A stretch of 64,000 nucleotides of DNA from Phyllobates terribilis. Taxonomy: Eukaryota. The position numbers were made by a program, and so were the translations under genes. Each line of letters begins with the position of its first letter. The stretch's first letter is position 1. Under the pieces are notes generated by a model. It was not told where the DNA came from. It saw only the letters and a program-made list of their open reading frames with translations, and did not search any database. Shown one piece after another: positions 1 through 10,500 of the stretch. The stretch is taken from the NCBI RefSeq assembly GCF_046119375.1, contig NW_027362767.1, positions 7,750,001 to 7,814,000 on the forward strand. The letters run 5' to 3'.

Positions 1-129
1 AGGTGGTGCACTATGCAAGCACGCCGCCAGGGATGTTACAGTACCCCCCCCTTTACGCCCCCTCTTCTTCAAGCCTGCAAGGGTCTTCTGCAGAGAATTT
101 GGAGGCCAATCCTTCTCTTCAAGAGGATT

Positions 130-2077
130 ACCTAAACACATGCTAAAAAGAAAGAAAGAAATGTTTATTAAATGGAAAGAGGGAGGCATATCTAAAGAAG
201 ATTATAATGCAGTCTGCAGATCCTGCAGGGCACGTATCAGGTTAGCTAAAGCTGACAATGAATTAAGGCTTGCAAGAGATGTCAAAAGCAATAAAAAAGG
301 ATTTTGGGGGTATGTCAAAAGTAAAAGAAAAGTCAAAGATGCTATAGGATTTTTACAGGATGAAAATGGAGAAATGGTAAGAGAGGATGTTGAGAAGGCC
401 GAACTTTTTAATTCCTATTTTGCATCTGTTTTCCCTCAGAAAGAAAATGTAACATCAACTGATCTTCACTGTCCTTTTAAAGGAATAGAGGAATCCAAGT
501 TATCTGTAAACAGAAAGCTTGTGAGGGAATATTTAGCTAACATAAATGAGTTCAAGTCTCCAGGTCCAGATGAATTACACCCCAGAGTACTGAAGGAGAT
601 CGTAGAAGAAATTTTAGAACCACTCTCCATAATCTTTGAAAATTCTTGGAAAACAGGAGAAGTCCCAGAAGACTGGAGAAGAGCAAATGTTGTTCCTATC
701 TTCAAAAAGGGGAAGAAGGTGGACCCAGGGAACTATAGGCCGGTGAGTCTGACTTCTATACCAGGAAAGATCTTTGAACAAATTATTAAACAACATGTAT
801 GTAAGTACATGGATAAGAATGAAGTGATTAACCAGAGTCAGCATGGGTTTGTAACTAACAAGTCATGTCAGACTAACTTAATTTCCTTCTATGACAGAAT
901 CACTGACTGGGTGGATCAGGGAAATGCTGTAGATATAGTATATCTTGACTTCAGCAAAGCATTTGACAAAGTATCTCACATCATCCTTATTGAAAAAATG
1001 ACCAAGTATGCAATGGACCAGGCAACTGTTAGGTGGATTCATAACTGGCTTAGTGATCGGACTCAAAGGGTGGTTGTAAATGGCTTCACATCCAGCTGGA
1101 TGAATGTCTCAAGTGGGGTACCACAGGGCTCCATCCTGGGACCTGTATTGTTCAACATCTTTATCAATGATTTAGATGAAGGAATTGAGGGTAAACTGAT
1201 TAAATTTGCTGATGACACAAAGCTAGGAGGGATAGCTAATACTAGAGAAGAGAGAGAGAGGATTCAAAAAGACCTAAATAAACTGGAGCAGTGGGCAGCA
1301 ACCAACAGAATGGTTTTTAACAGGGAAAAATGCAAAGTACTACATCTGGGCAATAAAAATGAAAAAAGCATATACAGAATGGGAGGAATAGAGCTAAGCA
1401 ACAGTACATGTGAAAAAGACTTAGGTATACTAATAGATCATAGACTGAACATGAGTCAACAGTGTGATGCAGCAGCAAAAAAGGCAAATACAATTCTGGG
1501 ATGTATTAACAGAAGCATACAGTCTAGATCACGTGAAGTCATTATCGGTCTTTACTCCTCTTTGGTCAGACCTCATCTGGAATACTGTGTACAGTTTTGG
1601 GCACCACATTTTAAAAAAGACATAGACAAACTGGAGCAAGTTCAGAGAAGAGCGACCAGAATGGTGACTGGTCTGCAAACCATGTCCTATGAGGAACGGT
1701 TGCAGGATTTGGGAATGTTTAGCTTGCAAAAAAGAAGACTGAGAGGAGACTTAATAGCTGTCTACAAATATGTCAAGGGCTGTCACATTGTAGAAGGATC
1801 ATCTTTATTCTCATTTGCACAAGGAAAGACTAGAAGCAATGGGATGAAACTAAATGGGAGGAGACACAGATTAGATATTAGAAAAAACTTTTTGACAGTT
1901 AGGGTGATTAATGAGTGGAACAGGCTGCCACGAGAGGTGGTGAGTTCCCCTTCAATGGACGTCTTCAAACAGAGGCTGGACAGACATCTGTCTGAGATGA
2001 TCTAGTGAATCCTGCTTTGAGCAGGGGGTTGGACCAGATGACCCAGGAGGTCCCTTCCAACTCTACCATTCTATGAT
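130..2077 (+). mobile_element. CR1 (LINE) retrotransposon, 5'-truncated, with an uninterrupted ORF2 RT half (140-2005)
   Basis: 621-aa ORF with RT motifs YRPVSLTS, YLDFSKAFD, GVPQGSILGP, FADD and a CR1-type C-terminus. The 3' end is CCCTTCCAAC...ATTCTATGAT (2068-2077), the CR1 terminal motif. No endonuclease domain; 5' junction approximate. Confidence 0.93.
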
Positions 2078-2142
2078 ACCTCTTCTGTCCATTAGAGGAA
2101 ACGAAACTGGTATCATCTTGGTGACTAGTATGCTTCCTCTTA

Positions 2143-4032
2143 TCAAGCCATCCTCAGTAGCAGATGAAGTGGGTGAAGTACCAGGAACAGCACACAGAAA
2201 AGTCTCTCTCCATTTGTTATCAGGTAGCACCCTGGTGGATTCAGGAGACAACTGGAGGTCCTCCGCCTGGTTGGAGGGGTGCAGAGACTCGGGGGTAACC
2301 ACCGCCTTGACGTACACTTTGCCAAGCTTACTGGATGAAGTGGGCGGCGTACCGGGTGTAGGAAAGTCTCTCTCCGTTTATCAGGTAGCACCCCGGGAAA
2401 TTCAGGAGACAATTGGAGGTCCCCAGCCTGGATGGAGGAGTGCAGAGACTCGGGGGTAATCACTGCTTTGAAATACACTTTGCCAAGCTTACTGGATGAA
2501 GTGGGCGAAGTACCAGGTACAGGGTGTAGGAAAGTCTCTCTCCATTTGTTATCAGGTAGCACCCCGGAGGATTCAGGAGACAACTGGAGGTCCTCTGCCT
2601 GGTTGGAGGGGTGCAGAGACTCGGGGGTAAACACCGCCTTGATGGATGTAAGACCAGATTTATTAGAGACGGAGGGTCCTTGCTTAGGGACCATCTTCAA
2701 TCTGGTTTCAGAGATGACATGTCTGTAAGGCGGGACGGTACCTGAAGCCAGATCATTGGTACAATCGTCGAGACTGTGTGGGGACATCGCCTCCGCTTCT
2801 CTTCCTTCGGAGACTTCAGCGCACAGTGAGTCAGTGACTAGCAGATCTGGTGAAGAAGAAGAAGAAACTGCTGACTGTCCTGAAGATATGGGGACTGGAC
2901 ACCCCTTGTACCTTAGCAGTCCCCCAGGATACACCATGCAGGATCTCCAGACCTGAGCGGGCACTAGATCTCTCGGTTCAGGACGACCTGTGGGTAAGCC
3001 AGTCAGCACCTGGAACGTGAACTTCTTCATGTGTAATGCTCCAATCTGGAGCTTAATTTGTACAAACATATTTTGACTGTTTCGGAGTAGGGCTCGTCCT
3101 TCCGCTGACCATGCCCAAACCGGCTTCTGGAGTTGTCGGATGGGAATCAGACACAGACTCTTCAAGGCTTTAAGCCCGAAACTTCCGGTTAATCCGAGGC
3201 CTTCACTTGCCAAGGAGACAGTCATGGTCATCTGTGGAGAGGAAACACTAACGCCAAGGGCAGCCTCTCCTACAGGCCTAATGTCTTGGGATTCTCCAAC
3301 CTTCGCTGGACAAAGACCGTCAGGGGGTCCCAAACAACCACAGCGGGACCGCAATCCGATTTTGTGACTGAGTTCCGGCCTCTGCTTCGCCTGACGAACA
3401 TGGTCACCCTTCATGGATTCAGTGCGGGTAGCTGCTTTTACAGGCTGGTGAACAGGAGGTCTGTGGGAGGACAGAACCTGGCGTGATGGTTTACCTCTAC
3501 GCCTTGCACGTCTGGACTGCCTCTTGAGGTTGGGAAGAGAAGTATTCTGTGGAGCATAGTCCTCCTGTGTGGATTCTGGGTGGGCAGTAGTCTCTTCGGG
3601 CTGGAGGACTGGTAGGCTACCTACACACATTACCCATCGGGGCTGCTCCAGGATACTGGGAAGGGAAGCTTTAGCAGAGGCTTCAGGATAAGGGTCATCG
3701 AAGACCATTAGAAAGGCCACCAGGAAGGCCTACAGGTCAAAGATGATAGGATCCCATGCTTCCCATAGGGGGGTGATCCATTTCAAGGCATCACCCGCTA
3801 GGTAGGACATCATAAATGCTACTTTAACCCGATCGGTAGGAAAATAGTGAGCATAGAACTTGAAATGCAGCATACATTGCTCCACAAATGCACGGCTTCG
3901 TTTTGGATCCCCATAGTACCGTGGTGGATCCGCAGGAACGAGTGCTGATAGATCCATTTGGGCTGATGCGTATATCGCCTGGGCCACAGCTTGAGAATTT
4001 TTTTTTTCTTGGTGCACGTATTCGCCAGACAA
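2143..4032 (-). pseudogene. Gypsy gag/protease-like reading frame broken by one in-frame TAG (3732-3730)
   Basis: PPRYYGDPKRSRAFVEQC...KVAFMMSYLAGDALKW is a sushi/PEG10-type capsid, continuing in frame as *AFLVAFLMVFDDP. Downstream are degenerate knuckle- and protease-like segments (LQIGALH) and three ~165-bp repeats (2160-2645). No RT, RNase H or integrase seen. Confidence 0.75.
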
Positions 4033-4509
4033 GGATTCAAAATGTCTCAGAGCGAAAGGCCGTGGGGCTCAACGGGAACCATGGCCTGAGCAAACTGTTA
4101 CGCTCGCGCCCGGACTGACTGGCGTGAGCGTGATTAGTGATCCCACTTTACCATGAACCGAGGAGTGCCTGGACTGGCGTAACTAAGTATCAACCTGATC
4201 CGACCAAGGTCGCACGGCGGCTCAGTCGACTCCGTGAACCAAGGAGGAACCGAGTAGAGGGACCAGGTGCTACTCCAGGTCAGACCCCGGTCACAGCTGT
4301 TGACCCACACCGGGGAATGCAGGAACAGGCCGGTTAGACTGGCATACTGACAGGTGGGTATTGGCAGGCACGGCTGGTATGCAGACAGGTAGGTGCTGGG
4401 AAGCACGGCTGGTATGCAGACCGGTGGGTACTGGCAAGCACGGCTGGTATGCAGACTGGGTAGGGTCCAGTACAGACTGGGAGACAGGAACAGAGCCGCA
4501 GATGTGGTA

Positions 4510-4990
4510 GACAAGCAGAGTAAAGCGAAACCGCCGGAGCAGAGGACTAGGCAGAGCAGAGCGGAACCGCCGGAGCGGTGGACAAGGCAGAGCAGAGCGA
4601 AACCGCAGGTGCGGTAAGCAAGCAGAGCAGAGCGAAACCGCAGGTGCGGTGGACAAGGCAGAGCAGAGAGGAACCGCCGGAGCGGTGGGCAAGACAGAGC
4701 AGAGAGAAACCGCATGTGCGGTGGACAAGGCAGAGCAGAGCGAAACCGCCGGAGCGGTGGACAAGGCAGAGCAGAGCGAAACCGCTGGAGCGGTGGACAA
4801 GGCAGAGCAGAGAGGAACCGCAGGTGCGGTAAGCAAGCAGAGCAAAGCGAAACCGCAGGTGCGGTGGACAAGGCAGAGCAGAGAGGAACAGCCGGAGAGG
4901 TGGGCAAGACAGAGCAGAGAGAAACCGCTGACGCGGAGAGCAAGCAGAGCGGAGCGAAACCGCAGGTGCGGTGGACAAGGCAGAGCAGAA
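4510..4990. repeat. ~36-bp minisatellite inside the Gypsy 5' LTR
   Basis: Unit GCGGTGGACAAGGCAGAGCAGAGCGAAACCGCCGGA, about 13 imperfect copies. Confidence 0.9.
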
Positions 4991-5689
4991 CAGGGCTGAA
5001 GGTGCAGGCAGAGAGGACAGGGCTCTGTTCACATGGAACAGATTGGAAAATACAGAAAGATGGCTAGAACACAGGAGGTAGATACGGAGGAAGGGAAAAG
5101 GGACAAGCAGAACCAGATACACACAAGGTACTTACAATGAAGTAGCGAGTGGACACTAAACTCACAAACAGAAGTACAGAGACAACGAGTTGGAGTTAGG
5201 TGCAGGTTCAGACACTGCAGGAAGAGGGAAGGTACAAACATAGAAACAAACAGGTAACAGACTAGGAGACAGTTCAGACAGGAACTGATACTGCAACGAG
5301 ATACAGGAACGAGCCTGAGTATACAGCCCCCAGAGTGGCAGAAACAGACTAGAAGTCACAGGTAACAGGCCTGGGTATACAGCCCCCAGGGTGGCGGAAA
5401 CAGACTAGAAGTCACAGATACAGGTAACAGGCCTGGGTATGCGGCCCCCAGGGTGGCAGAAACAGACAAGAAGCAGAACAAGACCTGGCAACTCAGAGGC
5501 AAGGAGCACACCGATAGTTAGTATTGCTCAGGCACCTCCTTCTGGGTGGAGGGGGTTTAAATATCCAGTGACTCACAGCAATAGGCTGGGGACGCATTAG
5601 GAGTGCGCCCACAGCAGCTATAAGAATCAGGAAGTAACCGGGCCGCGATGAGCAGATCGCTTGTATGCAGCAGAAATGCTTATGTTGTA

Positions 5690-6057
5690 TGAGCGCTGAC
5701 CACTAGGTGGCGCTCATAGCAATTGAGACATGACAACCACAGGCGTCTACTGCAGACCCTGGGTTGTCATGCCCATCCATTGGTGACCCGCGATCACATG
5801 ACGGGGTCACCGATGGGCGGGGCTTAGGACGCGCTTCCCGGAAGAGCATGCTGCTGTCAGAGATTGACAGCGGCATTCAACATGTTAACAGCCGCGGATG
5901 GATTGCGATTCCACCCGCGGCTGTTGCGGGCACATGTCAGCTGTAATAATCAGCTGACATGTGCTCGGTTCAGTGCGGGCTCACCGCCAGAGCCCATGAT
6001 GAACCGGCCTTTCTGACCTGGTGCGTATTATTACTGACCAGGTCGGAAAGGGTTTAA
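5690..6057. mobile_element. Hairpin-rich MITE fragment (T2/Kolobok-like)
   Basis: Nested short inverted repeats (ATGAGCGC/GCGCTCAT, CATGACAACC/GGTTGTCATG) and an AAAGGGTTTAA-type end. Family assignment is from recall only. Confidence 0.45.
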
Positions 6058-6089
6058 TCTCTCTGTACGGTGCTGTCATAGTGAAGGGT

Positions 6090-6447
6090 AAATATGATAA
6101 TTGCTTACTGGTAATTTGATTTTCCAGAACCATGACAGCGCCGTGCTACTTCCCTCACTTCTTCTTTTACTTTGGTGGTGGAAAACGTCCTGTTTTAAAA
6201 AACAAAAAACAAAAACAAAACCCCACTGGTTTGTGTAAACTCTATAAGGTGAATGTTGATCACTATTGTTGTATGCATATGTCTTAACAAGGCAGTTACC
6301 TCTTATTGTCTGTAAACACACGGGGGAGGAGGAGAGGAGCCACCCCTTTTATTTTGATAGGTTTCCTGGGGTCGGATATCCTCTCTCTCTGCATGGTGCT
6401 GTCATGGTTCTGGAAAATCAAATTACCGGTAAGCAATTATCATATTT
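6090..6447. repeat. 57-bp inverted repeat pair (6090-6146 / 6391-6447), MITE-like
   Basis: AAATATGATAATTGCTTACTGGTAATTTGATTTTCCAGAACCATGACAGC... reappears as its reverse complement with about 3 mismatches. Confidence 0.75.
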
Positions 6448-6465
6448 GCTGTTGCTGCTTTTGGT

Positions 6466-6744
6466 GACTGGCTGCAGCGCTGAGACAATACCAGTCAGTG
6501 TGCTCCGCAGCTCTAACTCTTCTAATGGTCCAAGTCACTGAGCTCACTGATTGGTTGCAGTGCTGAGACAATACCAGTCAGTGAGCTCCGCAGCTCTAAC
6601 TCTTCTAATGACCCAAGTCACTGAGCTCACTGATTGGCTGCAGTGCTGAGACAATACCAGTCAGTGAGCTCCGCAGCTCTAACTCTTCTAATGACCGAAG
6701 TCACTGAGCTCACTGATTGGCTGCAGTGCTGAGACAATACCAGA
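6466..6744. repeat. 83-bp tandem repeat, about 3.3 copies
   Basis: TGAGACAATACCAG recurs at 6481, 6564, 6647 and 6730. Confidence 0.9.
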
Positions 6745-7248
6745 CATGGGGAGCAGCAGGGAAGAACTAGTGCTGGACCCAGGGAGGGGGGGTAAAGCCA
6801 GTTTATTTTTATTTTTTTTTTTATTATAAAACTGCAGCTGAGGGACAGGTGTTGGGCGGCGGCCTTGTTGGCTTTGGCGGGGTCTCGCTGCAGAAGCGGC
6901 TTCAGTCACACTTTACATGGACATGTTGTGGGGTTTGGCACTGTGCACTGGCCAATGTCTACTGTGGGGGGCGCTGCCAGCGTCTGACACAGCAGCGTGT
7001 TGTTCTGTACAGGCCGATGATCCCTCCTCATCTGCCCACACAGGTCGCACCATGTGATAAACAGACAATTACACAGCTAGGACTGAAGATGTTCAGACAC
7101 TGGAGCCACTGCTCAGCAGATGTCCCGCGGATGCTGGACACTACATGGCAGGAGCCTCGTCTGTATGGCCAGACACTGTGACGCCCTCTACAGTCCTGAG
7201 AAAGTAACATATACTATACAGACTACTGCAGGCGGCCTCGTACCTGTG

Positions 7249-7500
7249 TCAGCGGCGGGATGGTGGAGGCCGAGGCTTGCTTCTAATTGTCTCACACTTG
7301 GGAATATGTCGTTCAGCTGCACGTGGAGCAAAGCGCCGGCTGCAGTGAGGACACGACACATAATCGGGGTTCTCCTCGGGGGGAGGAGGAGGAAGGTCAG
7401 ATATCCTCCCACCTCTGGCAATAACATCCTGCACTACCCGTGCCTGACGGATCGTCCTCAGGAAAGACTCATGCTTCTGACGCCAGGAGTTAACCTTCAC
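7249..7500 (-). CDS. ZC2HC1C: ZC2HC1C last coding exon
   Basis: VKVNSWRQKHESF...PRPPPSRR*; phase-0 acceptor at 7502-7501. Confidence 0.92.
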   Translation of the reverse strand: MKVNSWRQKHESFLRTIRQARVVQDVIARGGRISDLPPPPPEENPDYVSCPHCSRRFAPRAAERHIPKCETIRSKPRPPPSRR

Positions 7501-10500
7501 CTGAGAAAAAGAGAAACGTGGACATAGGGGATGAAAAAGCAAATACAGACCAGTGACATATCAAGATTTATGAGGTCAAGGAGAGAAGGTGAAGAGAAGA
7601 TGCGGGAAGTAAGAAGGCAAAGAGAGAAGGTGAAGAGAAGACGCGGGAGGTAAGAAGGCAAGGAGAGAAGGTGAAGAGAAGATGCGGGAGGTAAGAAGTC
7701 AAGGAGAGAAGGTGAAGAGACGGTGCGGGAGGTAAGAAGGCAAGGAGAGAAGGTGAAGAGAAGATGTGGGAGGTAAGAAGGCAAGGAGAGAAGGCGAAGA
7801 GAAGGTGTGGGAGGTAAGAATGCAAGGAGAGAAGGTGAAGAGAAGATGTGGGAGGTAAGAAGGCAAGGAGAGAAGGCGAAGAGAAGGTGTGGGAGGTAAG
7901 AATGCAAGGAGAGAAGGCGAAGAGAAGGTGTGGGAGGTAAGAATGCAACGAGAGAAGGTGAAGAGAAGATGCGGGAGGTAAGAAGGCAAGGAGAGAAGGT
8001 GAAGAGAAGATGCGGGAGGTGAGAAGGTGAAGAGAAGGTGTGGGAGATAAGAAGGCAAGGAGAGAAGGTGAAGAGAAGGTGCGGGAGATAAGAAGGCAAG
8101 GAGAGAAGGTGAAGAGAAGATGCGGGAGGTAAGAAGGCAAGGAGAGAAGGTGAAGAGAAGGTGCGGGAGATAAGAAGGCAAGGAGAGAAGGCGAAGAGAA
8201 GGTGTGGGAGGTAAGAAGGCAAGGAGAGAAGGTGAAGAGAAGGTGCGGGAGATAAGAAGGCAAGGAGAGAAGGTGAAGATAAGATGCGGGAGGTAAGAAG
8301 GCAAGGAGAGAAGGTGAAGAGAAGGTGCGGGAGATAAGAAGGCAAGGAGAGAAGGTGAAGAGAAGGTGCGGGAGATAAGGCAAGGAGAGAAGGTGAAGAG
8401 AAGGTGCGGGAGGTAAGAAGGCAAGGAGAGAAGGTGAAGAGAAGGTGCGGGAGATAAGAAGGCAAGGAGAGAAGGTGAAGAGAAGGTGCGGGAGATAAGA
8501 AGGCAAGGAGAGAAGGTGAAGAGAAGGTGCGGGAGATAAGAAGGCAAGGAGAGAAGGTGAAGAGAAGGTGCGGGAGGTAAGAAGGCAAGGAGAGAAGGTG
8601 AAGAGAAGATGCGGGAGGTAAGAAGGCAAGGAGAGAAGGTGAAGAGAAGATGCGGGAGGTAGGAAGGCAAGGAGAGAAGGTGAAGAGAAGATGCGGGAGG
8701 TAAGAAGGCAAGGAGAGAAGGTGAAGAGACGGTGCGGGAGGTAAGAAGGCAAGGAGAGAAGGTGAAGAGAAGGTGCGGGAGGTAAGAAGGCAAGGAGAGA
8801 AGGTGAAGAGAAGGTGCGGGAGGTAAGAAGGCAAGGAGAGAAGGTGAAGAGAAGGTGCGGGAGGTAAGAAGGCAAGGAGAGAAGGTGAAGAGAAGATGCG
8901 GGAGGTAAGAAGGCAAGGAGAGAAGGTGAAGAGAAGATGCGGGAGGTAAGAAGGCAAGGAGAGAAGGTGAAGAGAAGATGCGGGAGGTAAGAAGGCAAGG
9001 AGAGAAGGCGAAGAGAAGGTGTGGGAGGTAAGAATGCAACGAGAGAAGGCGAAGAGAAGGTGCGGGAGATAAGAAGGCAAGGAGAGAAGGTGAAGAGAAG
9101 ATGCGGGAGGTAAGAAGGCAAGGAGAGAAGGTGAAGAGAAGGTGCGGGAGATAAGAAGGCAAGGAGAGAAGGTGAAGAGAAGGTGCGGGAGATAAGAAGG
9201 CAAGGAGAGAAGGTGAAGAGAAGGTGCGGGAGGTAAGAAGGCAAGGAGAGAAGGTGAAGAGAAGGTGCGGGAGATAAGAAGGCAAGGAGAGAAGGTGAAG
9301 AGAAGGTGCGGGAGGTAAGAAGGCAAGGAGAGAAGGTGAAGAGAAGGTGCGGGAGATAAGAAGGCAAGGAGAGAAGGCGAAGAGAAGATGCGGGAGGTAA
9401 GAAGGCAAGGAGAGAAGGTGAAGAGAAGATGCGGGAGGTAAGAAGGCAAGGAGAGAAGGTGAAGAGAAGATGCGGGAGGTAAGAAGGCAAGGAGAGAAGG
9501 TGAAGAGACGGTGCGGGAGGTAAGAAGGCAAGGAGAGAAGGTGCGGGAGGTAAGAAGGCAAGGAGAGAAGGTGCGGGAGGTAAGAAGGCAAGGAGAGAAG
9601 GCGAAGAGAAGATGCGGGAGGTAAGAAGGCAAGGAGAGAAGGCGAAGAGAAGGTGCGGGAGGTAAGAATGCAACGAGAGAAGGCGAAGAGAAGATGCGGG
9701 AGGTAAGAAGGCAAGGAGAGAATGTGAAGAGAAGATGCGGGAGGTAAGGCAAGGAGAGAAGGTGAAGAGAAGGTGCGGGAGGTAAGAAGGCAAGGAGAGA
9801 AGGTGCGGGAGATAAGAAGGCAAGGAGAGAAGGTGAAGAGAAGGTGCGGGAGATAAGAAGGTAAGGAGAGAAGGTGAAGAGGAGATGCGGGAGGTAAGAA
9901 GGCAAGGAGAGAAGGTGAAGAGGAGATGCGGGAGGTAAGAAGGCAAGGAGAGAAGGTGAAGAGAAGATGTGGGAGGTAAGAAGGCAAGGAGAGAAGGTGA
10001 AGAGAAGATGTGGGAGGTAAGAAGGCAAGGAGAGAAGGCGAAGAGAAGGTGTGGGAGGTAAGAATGCAACGAGAGAAGGTGAAGAGAAGGTGCGGGAGGT
10101 AAGAAGGCAAGGAGAGCAGGTGAAGAGAAGATGCGGGAGGTAAGAAGGCAAGGAGAGAAGGTGAAGAGAAGATGCGGGAGGTAAGAAGGCAAGGAGAGAA
10201 GGTGAAGAGACGGTGCGGGAGGTAAGAAGGCAAGGAGAAAAGGTGAAGAGAAGGTGCGGGAGGTAAGAAGGCAAGGAGAGAAGGTGAAGAGAAGGTGCGG
10301 GAGGTAAGAAGGCAAGGAGAGAAGGTGAAGAGAAGGTGCGGGAGGTAAGGTGAAGAGAAGGTGCGGGAGGTAAGAAGGCAAGGAGAGAAGGTGAAGAGAA
10401 GGTGCGGGAGGTAAGAATGCAACGAGAGAAGGTGAAGAGAAGATGCGGAAGGTAAGAAGGCAAGGAGAGAAGGTGAAGAGAAGATGCGGGAGGTAAGAAG

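Larger units (their letters stand above)
1..5650 (-). mobile_element. Ty3/Gypsy (sushi-like) LTR retroelement, non-autonomous gag-pro type, interrupted by the CR1
   Basis: On the minus strand: a G-rich PPT (41-62) followed by TGTAACA starting the 3' LTR at 40. The 5' LTR ends ...CGTAACA at 4096 and has a TATA-like TATTTAAACCC near 5553-5563. A gag reading frame lies between them. The outer end of the 5' LTR is not resolved. Confidence 0.7.

Noticed and set aside
5700-5735. TGACA at 5731-5735 as the outer end of the Gypsy 5' LTR
   Set aside because: It lies within MITE-type hairpins and matches positions 1-40 only weakly.
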